From Gemmatimonadales bacterium (GTDB taxonomy: Bacteria > Gemmatimonadota > Gemmatimonadetes > Gemmatimonadales > GWC2-71-9): 64,000 nucleotides of DNA. A model generated the notes under the pieces. That model saw only the letters and a program-made list of their open reading frames with translations. It did no database searches and had not been told where the DNA came from. The translations under genes and the position numbers were made by a program. Below are positions 18,691-28,126 of the stretch, piece by piece (within the stretch, counting starts at the first letter, position 1; every line of letters begins with the position of its first letter). The stretch spans positions 2,720,001-2,784,000 of the forward strand of contig OZ252244.1 of the NCBI GenBank assembly GCA_965249575.1, in the 5' to 3' direction.

Positions 18691-20118
18691 GAGACGCTCG
18701 ACGATCCTGTGGCCCCGACCCGGTACCGTTTGGACGGCGAATGGCGGGCTCTGGATTGGCGGGTCGAAGAATACCGCAGTCCACGCGGCCAACTGCTGGC
18801 CGCCGATACGTTTTACGCGACGCACCGCGGACCGATGCTCACGGTCGACGGCGATGCCTTGTTGGTTCGATGGACGGTCTTGGAGGACTCGTTTGAGTCC
18901 GAAGCTCTGATGGATGTGGCCGCGGCCGGGAGTGTCGATGAGGTTCTGCGCGCCATGGAGCGATATGGCGCGCCCGCGCAGAACATCGTCGTTGCTGACC
19001 GGGACGGGCATATCGCACTGCGCTCGACCGGCCGCTTTCCCCTGCGGCCAGGTCTCGGCGACGGCACGAGATTCCACGAGGGTGACACCAGTGCCAGCGA
19101 CTGGGTTGGCCAGCGGCCCATCTCGGACTATCCCGTGGCTCGGAACCCGGATCAAGGTTTCGTTGCGTCGGCGAACCAACAACCAATCGATCCGGCTGTT
19201 GACGACACGTACCTCGGAGCGCATTGGACGTCGCCGTGGCGAGCCCTCAGGATCAACCAATTACTGAGAGCGGACTCGGCGGTGACACCAGACCACATGC
19301 GCCGGTACCAGACGGATCCCGGCAGCCCGCGGGCCGACCTGTTCGTGGCGGCCTTCGTGGCCGCCGCGCTCGAGGTCGACATGTCCCCCCCTGAGCCTTC
19401 GGACGCTGCGGCGGAAGAGACTCGCAGCAACGTGGCCGAAGCGGCCTCGCTTCTTCGCGAGTGGGATCGCCGATATACCAGAGGAAACGAGCGGGCCATC
19501 CTGTTCGAGCTGGCGATGAGCGAACTCGAGTTCCGTGCGTGGGACGAGCTCGTCGCCGACGAGCCGGACGGCGTCGGTGGACGTTTCGTGGCGAAGCCGC
19601 GGGAAGCCGTTCTCGCCCGCCTGCTGCACGACCCAGAGAGCGCATGGTGGGATGATCGCCGCACGCCGGACGCGCGGGAGGACCGGGACGACGTGCTCCG
19701 CGCCAGCCTCGGGGCGGCACTCCTTGCAGCGAAGGCACCCTACGGGAACCCGAAAGACGGCGGCTGGCGGTGGGACGGCATCAGGCACGTCAATATCCAT
19801 CATCTCATCCGCCTGCCACGGCATTCCGCGTTGGGGTTGCCGGTCCGCGGCGGACCGTCGACTCTCAACCCATCGTCCGGTAACGGTACCTATGGCGCGA
19901 GCTGGCGGATGGTCGTCGAGCTCGGCCCGTCAGTGCGTGCGTGGGGCATTTACCCGGGCGGCCAGTCGGGCAACCCGGTCAGCTCCCGGTACCTCGATCG
20001 CCTGCCGCGTTGGATCGAGGGCAAGCTCGATTCGCTGAGGGTACCGCATTCGCCCCGTGATCTCATGGCGCGCGACGTTACCTCGTTCTTATCTCTCTCT
20101 CCGAGATCCCCCGAATGA
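18691..20118 (+). pseudogene. Penicillin acylase (Ntn-hydrolase S45) family, C-terminal part only
   Basis: THRGP, PAQNIVVAD, NPDQGFVASANQ, RALRINQLL, GASWRMVV, YPGGQSGNP; the alpha subunit and catalytic SNNW are missing and the gene starts abruptly next to the DUF1499 start. Confidence 0.8.
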
Positions 20119-20495
20119 GCGTCCAATCGATCGTGACTGGCTCGACTCTCGGGCGCGGTGCGTTTACGCTGCGGATGGGGCTGCTGGCCGGTGCCTTTGC
20201 CCTGGCGACGGCGTGGTTCGGGTGGATGGCTGTTCCCGCGCTCGGTCTCGCGTGGGGTTGGGTTGACCGCTCGGGCGCATGGCCGGCCTGGACTGCGGGA
20301 GGGAGCGCGGGACTCGCCTGGTCCGGCTGGCTACTCTGGAGCGGGATCGATGGGCCGGTGCTCGAGCTGGCCGATAGGGTCGGTGCCGTTGTGCGGGTCC
20401 CGGGACCGCTACTGCTGCTTGCGACCATTGGTTTCGCGACCATCTTGGCAGCGAGCGGCGCGGCGTTCGTGCGCTGGGCTTCGCGTCGAGAGTAA
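20115..20495 (+). CDS. Hypothetical membrane protein
   Basis: ATGA overlap with the acylase stop; several hydrophobic helices. Confidence 0.65.
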   Translation: MSVQSIVTGSTLGRGAFTLRMGLLAGAFALATAWFGWMAVPALGLAWGWVDRSGAWPAWTAGGSAGLAWSGWLLWSGIDGPVLELADRVGAVVRVPGPLLLLATIGFATILAASGAAFVRWASRRE

Positions 20496-20556
20496 GTGTT
20501 GCGGAGTGCGCGGCCCGTTGGGATGGTCCTAAACTCTCTTCATTAAGGAGCCACTG

Positions 20557-21021
20557 ATGCGTATGCGGGCGCCGAACGGCTCCCTTCCGATTCTGCTGCT
20601 GGTCTCCCTTGGGGGGTGTACGCTGTATTCGGCGGAGCAAGAAATCGAGCAGGCGGTGCGCGTATTCCTCGGAGCGTTCAATGCCGGCGACGTCGATGCG
20701 ACCATGGAGCAGTACATCTCCACTCCTGGAGCGTCGACCACGGGTGATGGGATACTGACGGTGGGACGGGACGCCATCGAGGAAAGGATCCTCGAAGCGT
20801 ACCAGCAGCTCGGTAGGATCGAGATTCGCCCTGACAGCATTCACGCCACGCTCATCGGCGATCACGCAGCGGTCACGTTCTTCGAGTATACGGTGTTTAC
20901 GGGGGAGGGCGACTCGTCCCGACAAGTCCGTGGGGCCATGACCATCACGTGGGAACGCACTCCGGAGGGATGGCGGGTCGTAAACGACCACACCAGCAGT
21001 TTGAGCGGTGTCCTGAGGTAG
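20557..21021 (+). CDS. NTF2/SnoaL-like (DUF4440) lipoprotein
   Basis: Lipobox LGGC, AFNAGDVDA, GRDAI, WERTPEGWRVVNDHTS. Confidence 0.8.
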   Translation: MRMRAPNGSLPILLLVSLGGCTLYSAEQEIEQAVRVFLGAFNAGDVDATMEQYISTPGASTTGDGILTVGRDAIEERILEAYQQLGRIEIRPDSIHATLIGDHAAVTFFEYTVFTGEGDSSRQVRGAMTITWERTPEGWRVVNDHTSSLSGVLR

Positions 21022-21153
21022 CCCGAGGCGAAGAGCGTTCGGCTGGGCTCAGTCCAACGCCAGGGCGCGAGTCCTCGGAAACCGTCCGCTGGCGCAAGTT
21101 GAGTCGTCGGGGGCGACGGGCGGGACTATCCGACAGTAGGACCAGGGGAAGAC

Positions 21154-21621
21154 ATGACCTCAATGCGAGTCATCTGTGCCTGGTGTGGTAGACTGCTGAG
21201 AGATGGTCCGTCAGGCGGAGGTACGTCCTATGGGCTCTGCGCCAAATGCGCTCACGAGACTGGCGTGCTTCCTGTCGAGGATTTCGGAGACCTGTCGCGA
21301 GAGGAGCTCGATCGCCTGCCTTTCGGCGTGATCGAGGTAGACCGAACGGGGACAGTGCGTGGGTATAACGCGGCCGAACAGCGTTTGAGTGGGCTCGACC
21401 CGAATCATGTGGTGGGCAAGAGTTTCTTTACCGACATTGCGCCGTGCACACGAGTGCGGGAGTTCGAAGGGGAGTTTCACAAGGTGGCAGCTGGTGAAAT
21501 CGACCATGCAAGCCTCACCTTCGTATTCAAATTCAGCTCCGCGGAGGTTGTGGTGAGTGTGGGGCTGACCTACGACGCGCGTCGAGATGCCGGCTCGATC
21601 CTCGTGCAGAAGGTGGGCTGA
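21154..21621 (+). CDS. pyp: Photoactive yellow protein-like PAS domain with an N-terminal CxxC/CxxC zinc finger
   Basis: LDRLPFGVI..YNAAE..SG.DP..VVGKSFFTDIAPCT..EF.G.F aligns without gaps to H. halophila PYP; N-terminal CAWC...SYGLCAKC. Confidence 0.85.
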   Translation: MTSMRVICAWCGRLLRDGPSGGGTSYGLCAKCAHETGVLPVEDFGDLSREELDRLPFGVIEVDRTGTVRGYNAAEQRLSGLDPNHVVGKSFFTDIAPCTRVREFEGEFHKVAAGEIDHASLTFVFKFSSAEVVVSVGLTYDARRDAGSILVQKVG

Positions 21622-21687
21622 TCGAAGCGGAAAGCTGGTGAGGAAGCCGCTCTCGGTTTTTGGGCAACACTCCAATTAGGGAGCACG

Positions 21688-22209
21688 ATGGCCACGTTTA
21701 GCTCATTCCTCGATGAAACGCTCGAGGCCTGGCGCCACGCTCGCCACGGAATCATCGACGAGGTCCGCAACATCCCTGCCTCCAAGTTCGACTTCCGGCC
21801 GACCCCCGAAGCCAAGAGCGTCCGGGAGCTAGTGCAGCACATTCTCGAAGTGTCCATGATGATGACCGGTGAGCTCACGCGTCCGGATACCGATCTGATG
21901 CGGCTGCCTTGGCCGAAACTGCTCAGGAAGTACGCCGGCGCCGCGTATCGCGCTAAGACGAAGGAGGCGCTGCTGAGCCTGCTCCGGTCGCAAATGAGAG
22001 ATGCAGAGCGTCGATTTCGAAAGGCGGGCGATCTGTCGCAGTGGCAGTGGATGAAGCGATTCGACGGGGTGTTGGGCACCAAGATGCAGTGGCTGCATCA
22101 CGGTATTGCTCAGGAGATGTATCATCGCGGCCAGCTGACCGTATACGAGAGGCTGCTCGGATTGGAGCCGGCGCTGACAAAGAGGATCAGGGAGTCTGTC
22201 GCGGAATGA
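21688..22209 (+). CDS. DinB-family protein
   Basis: DFRPTPEAKSVRELVQHI, HRGQLTVYERLLG. Confidence 0.88.
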   Translation: MATFSSFLDETLEAWRHARHGIIDEVRNIPASKFDFRPTPEAKSVRELVQHILEVSMMMTGELTRPDTDLMRLPWPKLLRKYAGAAYRAKTKEALLSLLRSQMRDAERRFRKAGDLSQWQWMKRFDGVLGTKMQWLHHGIAQEMYHRGQLTVYERLLGLEPALTKRIRESVAE

Positions 22210-23643
22210 CCAGCACGCGAGTTACGAGCACGGCGGCCGAGCGGCTCCAGCCCATACTCACTACCACGGACAGGCTGAGCGTGAGTCCGCCCGGAGATCT
22301 GTCGATCGAGGGGTGTACGGCCGGCGAATTGCTGCAGCGCTTCGGGTCTCCTCTTTACGTGATATCCGAACAGACCCTTCGCGCGAACTACCGGCGCATC
22401 AGGGACGCGTTCACCGACGTGTGGCCTGCCCCCGTGAACATCCTCTACGCAATCAAAGCCAACAACAACCTCGCGATCCGCGCGATCCTCAGCCAGGAAG
22501 GGGCGGGCGGCGACTGTTTCGGCGAGGGAGAGCTCAACGCGACGTTCTGTGGCGGCGCCGATCCCGCTAAGGTCGTCCTCAACGGGAGCAACAAGGGGGA
22601 TGCGGAGTTGCGGCGCGCCGTGGATCTCGGCGTTACGGTCAACGTGGATGCCGAGGACGAGATCGACCGGCTCGTCCTGCTGTCGAGCGAGCTGGACAGG
22701 GTCGTCAGGGTCAAGTTACGGCTCAAGCTCCTCCGGCCGGCATTCGCCGAGACGCAGACCGACTACTTTGGCGGTGGGCGCGGGTTGTTGGAATACGTGC
22801 GACGGGTGAAGTGGGGCTTCTCGCTCGACGCGGCCGAGCCTCTCGTGCGCAGGCTACGTGAGATCGAGGGTCTGTCATTGCGGGGGTACCACTTCCACAT
22901 CGGCCGTGCCTCGCAGTCGCTCGAGTTCCAACAGGTGTGGGCGCGTGCGTTGGCTGACGCTGTCGCGGAGCTACACTGTCGGACCCAGTTCGCCCCGTCG
23001 GTGATCGATGTCGGCGGCGGATGGCCCCGAGAGCGCGACCCCGAGTCTCGCTCGCTGGATCTCAATCCCGTGGGGGTCGAGGACTACGTAGGTGCCACTT
23101 GTGGAATCCTCCTTGAGGGGTTGGAACGGGAGGGCCTGCCAATCCCGGAACTCTGGACCGAGCCCGGACGGTATGTCGTCGGAAACGCCGTCGTCCTGCT
23201 TGCCACGGTCGGCGCCATCAAGCGGGACTGCGGCCTCACGTGGGTCAACGTGGACGCCAGCACCAAACGACCTCCCACGCGTTGATACCAGCGCGAGCGC
23301 TTACCATATCGTTCCGGCGTCCGCGATGCACCGAGATGCAACTGAAAAGGTCACGATCGTCGGCTCGACCTGCACGGACTCCGTGTTGGGCGAAGACCGG
23401 ATCATGCCGGAAATGCGGCGCGGAGACCCGATCGCGATACTGGACGCGGGCATGTACGCCGAGACGGCGTCCTCGCAATTGAACGGCGTTCCCCGACCCG
23501 CGACGGTTCTGGTTAACGGTCCGACCGTGGAAACCGTCAAGGAAAGGGAGACCGTTGACGATGTGTTCGCGAAGCATCGGATTCCGGAACGGTTAAGGCG
23601 TGGGAGGGGAGCCGGTGCGGATATGGATATGAGGAATACGTAG
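22206..23643 (+). CDS. LysA-like (fold III) PLP-dependent decarboxylase, frameshifted near 23266
   Basis: FGSPLYV, YAIKAN, HFHIG, IDVGGG, EPGRYVV in one frame; IVGSTCTDS and ILDAGMY in another; extra A in ACCAAACGAC. Confidence 0.85.
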
Positions 23644-23711
23644 GGGCGCCCCACGATTTCTCACTCCCGTATATTGCTCGTGGCCTGAACTAGAGTGCGA
23701 CGGGTAACCTA

Positions 23712-26177
23712 TTGATGTCTCCTACCGTTCTTTGCCCCCGATGCCAAACGCCTCTCGAGGCGGGCGCGGATTTCTGCTCGAGTTGCGGAGAGAGCTTTGG
23801 CTCCGTGCCACCGGTCGACGCGACCGGTCTGGCGCATACCGGCCGGCTGCTGTCTGAGACGCCCGGGGAGGAGATAAGGGGCCTCCTTCGGGCCGAGACC
23901 CAGGGCGAGTACGAGGTGCTGGCGGAGCTCGGTCGCGGTGGCATGGCCACGGTGTTCCTCGCTCGCGAGCTCGCCCTCAACCGGAAAGTCGCTATCAAGG
24001 TCATGTCCCCGGCGCTAGTTCACGGTGGGGACATGGTTGAGCGGTTCCATCGAGAAGCGCAGATGGCGGCGTCGCTCAGTCATCCCAACATCATTCCGAT
24101 CTACTCGGTCAGGAGCTCAGGCGGTCTCTTCTTCTTCGTCATGAAGTGTGTCGAGGGCCGGACTCTGGGCTCGATCATCCGCGAACTGGGCCAGCTACCG
24201 ATCGACATGGTTCGGGCGATTCTTGCTCAGGTCGGTGGCGCGCTCGATTACGCCCATCGGCGCGGCGTGGTTCACCGAGACATCAAGCCCGAGAACATCA
24301 TGATCGACGACGAGGGGTGGACCGTCGTGACAGACTTCGGAATCGCCAAGGCAACCGAAGCCACACAGCTCACGGCTACGGGGGCTGCGATCGGCACGCC
24401 CGCCTACATGAGTCCGGAGCAATGTTCCGGAGACGCAGTCACCGGCTCGGCTGATCAATACTCTCTCGGGGTCGTTGCATACGAAATGCTGACCGGTAAG
24501 CCTCCGTTTGACGCCCCGACCCTGATGGGAATGATGTGGGCTCACGTGAACAAGGCGCCGGCTCCTCTGCAGGAACGCCGGGAAGACTGCCCGCAGGAGT
24601 TGGCGGACGCGGTGGAGCGCATGTTGGCCAAGCCGGCCGAGGAGCGATTTCCGGCGATGGCGGAAGCCGTCGCTGCCATCGGTACCACGCCGGTTACACA
24701 AGAAGATCGCGTCCGTACGAACCTGATCCACCTGGCGAAGGAGGGCGAGGCGGCGAGGCTCATCGCCGCGGTCCGCACGCCAAGCAGCCCGGTGCCTCTC
24801 GGCCGGACAGGAGCGTCGGCGGGCCGCTCCCCGCCGCCCCGTCTGCTGACCCCTCGAGACGCCGCCCTGACTGGGCGCACCCAGGCAACCGAGCGACCCA
24901 CCCTGGTGTGGGTTGTCATTGTGCTCGTTGCAATCGGTGGCGGTGCCGTCGCATGGCTACTAACGCAGTTCGCCGGGCCGGAGCCTGCGCGGCCGGCTCC
25001 TCAGGTACTGGAGCTATCGACGCCGGGGCCGCCCGCGATCGCTTCGAGGACGATCGCATCCATCGCCATCGACGCGCCCGCCACAGCGATCCAGGTCGGC
25101 AACTCGACTCCACTCTCGGCGGTGGCGCGCGACGCGGGCGGGAACACTGCTTCCCTGAACGAGCTCTCGTGGGAATCCTCGGACCCGTCGGTTGCGAGCG
25201 TCTCACCGGATGGCATTCTCTCTGCGATGAGGGCCGGCATCGCGCAGATCACCGCTCGCGCCGAGTCCCACAGCGCCACGGTCAGCATCAGGTTTAGGGG
25301 ACCCCGGCCGGGTACTACACCCGGCACGCGAGGCGCGGTCGTGGCGTACGTGCAGGTCGTACCGCCACGCGCCCGCCTCCCGATCGGTGAGTCGCTCGAG
25401 ATTGCGGCAATACCAAGAGCTGCTGACGGGAGGATCCTGGACAAGGATCCGGTGGTCTGGGAGTCCAGCCATCCTGCGATCGCAGTCGTCTCTCCTCTGG
25501 GCGTCGTGACTGGCGTGGGAGAGGGTGAGGCGCGAATCACGGCAACTCTCGAAGGCAGGTCAGCGTTCGCGACGCTCAGCGTGTTGCCGATCCCCTCCCT
25601 GGAGATATCGCCGCCGCAGAGGCCAGTGACGGTCGGTGCAACGGTGAAACTGGCTGCGAGGATTCGCGGGCCCGGCGGTCGTTTCCTGGAGATTCCGGCG
25701 AGTTGGACGTCCGGCAACGAGGAGGTTGCGACAGTCTCTGCGGACGGATTGGTGTCGGGGATGGCAGTCGGGAGCGCCGAGATCGTGGCGACGGTTCGGG
25801 AGCGGTCAGCGTCAGTGACCGTCACGGTGCGAGACGTGGAGCCAGTGGTCGTCCGGGCGCCGCCCGATGCACGACTCGCTCTCGAAGCGGTCGTCAGCGA
25901 GTACGCCAGAGCCCTCTCGTCCCGCAACGTGGACGCTGTGAAGGGTGTGTATCCCGGCCTTCCAGCCAATCGCGAGCGCGCCTGGTCGGACATCTTCGAG
26001 TTGGGCGACCTCGAGGTCACAGTCGAGTTCGTGGAAATTCTGGAGCAGAGCCCGGACGTCGCGGTGGTGAGGTTTGAGCAGACGATCGACGGAAGGCGAT
26101 TGGTGCGTAATACGACGACCTTCACTGCTTCGCTGGTACGGGTGCCGGACGGGTGGCAGATCACCTCCATCCGCTGA
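23712..26177 (+). CDS. Membrane Ser/Thr kinase: zinc ribbon, kinase, TM, three Ig-like (Big_2) repeats, NTF2-like C-terminus
   Basis: CPRC/CSSC, GRGGMATV, HRDIKPEN, DFG, YMSPEQ; three WxSSxPxVAxVS-type repeats. Confidence 0.92.
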   Translation: MMSPTVLCPRCQTPLEAGADFCSSCGESFGSVPPVDATGLAHTGRLLSETPGEEIRGLLRAETQGEYEVLAELGRGGMATVFLARELALNRKVAIKVMSPALVHGGDMVERFHREAQMAASLSHPNIIPIYSVRSSGGLFFFVMKCVEGRTLGSIIRELGQLPIDMVRAILAQVGGALDYAHRRGVVHRDIKPENIMIDDEGWTVVTDFGIAKATEATQLTATGAAIGTPAYMSPEQCSGDAVTGSADQYSLGVVAYEMLTGKPPFDAPTLMGMMWAHVNKAPAPLQERREDCPQELADAVERMLAKPAEERFPAMAEAVAAIGTTPVTQEDRVRTNLIHLAKEGEAARLIAAVRTPSSPVPLGRTGASAGRSPPPRLLTPRDAALTGRTQATERPTLVWVVIVLVAIGGGAVAWLLTQFAGPEPARPAPQVLELSTPGPPAIASRTIASIAIDAPATAIQVGNSTPLSAVARDAGGNTASLNELSWESSDPSVASVSPDGILSAMRAGIAQITARAESHSATVSIRFRGPRPGTTPGTRGAVVAYVQVVPPRARLPIGESLEIAAIPRAADGRILDKDPVVWESSHPAIAVVSPLGVVTGVGEGEARITATLEGRSAFATLSVLPIPSLEISPPQRPVTVGATVKLAARIRGPGGRFLEIPASWTSGNEEVATVSADGLVSGMAVGSAEIVATVRERSASVTVTVRDVEPVVVRAPPDARLALEAVVSEYARALSSRNVDAVKGVYPGLPANRERAWSDIFELGDLEVTVEFVEILEQSPDVAVVRFEQTIDGRRLVRNTTTFTASLVRVPDGWQITSIR

Positions 26178-26188
26178 TGGGCGGGGCC

Positions 26189-27576
26189 TCAGAAGGTGTA
26201 TTCCAAGCCCACCGTCCAGAGGACGTGCGGACGGACACCTCCTCGGTTGAGCGGCCACGCGGAATTGGCCACCAACGTCACTCCCGCCGGCGTCACGAAC
26301 TTGAAGCCCACCGAGGCGTCGATCAGATCGTCTCGGATATCGGGCACGGTCGTGGCCTCGATGACGCGGCGGTAGGGCGACTCGATCACGACGGGTCCCG
26401 GTATCTGGAGCTTCCGGTCACCCACTTGGAACTGGGAGACCAGATCGACCGCCAGGGTGACCCACGGAGCGAGTACCTGATCGAACCCGGCGGTCACGAG
26501 CACGCCGTCGTTCTGGAGATCGCCCGACCGGTGCAGGTATCCCAGGTTCGCGTGGGGCGAGAAGGTGTCGAACGTGGTGGAGATGATGCCGAGGCCCCGG
26601 AACGCGAACGCTCCTGAGCCCAGGAGATCTTCTTCGCTCCCCGTCGCGAAGCGGGCTTCGGCGATCATGCCCAATCGCGCCGATTGCGACTCGGTCAACG
26701 CAACCTTGAGCCGCACGGCAATGTCGCCGATTCCGGAGGCCGACCCCTCAACGAAGCGCGGGTCGGAGGCGAGCACGGGGTCGTCCGGCGTCCCGCCGAA
26801 GCAATTCGTGGCGGGCGGGCCACCGAAGGGGACGATCTGCGCCTGACTGTTCCCTCGAACGGTCGTGAACACGATGGGGATGGCGACGCCGATATCCAGC
26901 CGATCGAACAGACCATATGCCAGCGCCAAGGAAAGGGAGCTGACCCGGAGGTCGAGACCCATGTTGAACTGGATAAAGTCGTTCTCCTGCACAGGAAAGC
27001 CCCGCACTGAGCAATCTCCGCCGAACAGGGTGTCGCAGCCGGGGAAATCAAGGTCACGTGGGTGAAGTTGAGCCGCAAATTATTCAGGTCGACTCCGCGG
27101 ACGCGCTTGAACCTGAAGACGTTGAGGTTGGTGGCCACCAGCACGCGACCCGAGCCCAGTGTTTGAGCCCGCTCAGCGAGTATCGGTCCCGGCGCCTCGC
27201 GGGTGAGGACCGGGGTGCCGTCTTTGAACATCAGGGTGAACCCCGTATTCGCCGAGCTGAACGGGATGTTTGCGACGTTCGTTGCAACGGCGTTTTCCAG
27301 AAAGTCGATCAGGGTAGCGTTGTTTGCGGCCGTCGCCGGTCTGAATCCCCCGCCATCTCCTGCGATTCCAGGAGCCCGGCCCTTGGAGTCCCCGAGTGAA
27401 AGCGGATCGCCACCCGCGACGAAGACGAAGAGCTCTCTGATCGTCCGGCGAAGCCCTCGTACCGGCTCCCGCTCGGCGAACGGAGTTGGCTCCTGGCCTG
27501 CGGCCGGAGCTGCTGCCAGAAGGAGTCCAAGTAGGGCAGCCGAAAGAGGGGCTGAGCGGTCGGTTCCCGGATTCAT
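26189..27576 (-). CDS. Secreted/outer-membrane beta-barrel (transporter-family) protein, frameshifted near 27055
   Basis: Signal peptide, GPILAERAQTLG, SGIGDIAVRLK, C-terminal GLEYTF; two frames join at CACGTG(G)ACCTT. Confidence 0.7.
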
Positions 27577-27689
27577 GGTCGGAATGAAAGGGCGGGGGAA
27601 CCCAGAGGCGCAAGGGTCCGCTCTTGCGTTCAGCCAGGCCACGACGCGAACCTTTTGTATCGCTTCCCTCGTAGGTCTGATACCAGCAA

Positions 27690-27971
27690 ATGGGAGTTCC
27701 GATGCCCGTAGATGTCCTCGAAGGTCTTCTCCCGTTGGGCGCCCTCGTGGCCCTCGGCACGTTTGGACTGATCGGCATGAAGTTGTGGCTAAAGGCGAAA
27801 GCCAACCGGCTTCGCGAGGGCGGCAGTGACCACATTGCGCGGTTGGGCCAGCAGATCGACGACCTGGTGGAGCAGGTCGGAGTCCTTCGAGATGGGCACA
27901 CTGAGATTCACGAGCGCCTCGACTTCACCGAAAGGATGCTGACCACAGCAAGGGACGAGGAGGGCCGGTAG
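27690..27971 (+). CDS. Small TM + coiled-coil protein (EIHERLDFTERML motif)
   Basis: Single TM followed by a heptad region; paralogous remnant at 39130-39305. Confidence 0.7.
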   Translation: MGVPMPVDVLEGLLPLGALVALGTFGLIGMKLWLKAKANRLREGGSDHIARLGQQIDDLVEQVGVLRDGHTEIHERLDFTERMLTTARDEEGR

Positions 27972-28023
27972 CACGAATCATCCGCTCCCTCCCCCCCCTG
28001 TTGCGGGTGGTCAGAGTCCCAGT

Positions 28024-28051
28024 TACGCCCTACGACCTACGCCCTACGCCG
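28024..28051 (+). repeat. Tandem heptamer repeat (TACGCCC x4, imperfect)
   Basis: tacgccc-tacgacc-tacgccc-tacgccg in an intergenic region. Confidence 0.7.
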
Positions 28052-28126
28052 TGAGCCCGCTCGGACCATTGCTGCGCCATTATTAACAGAGCTGGCACAG
28101 ACAGCACTCAATATGCGGAGGAATCG

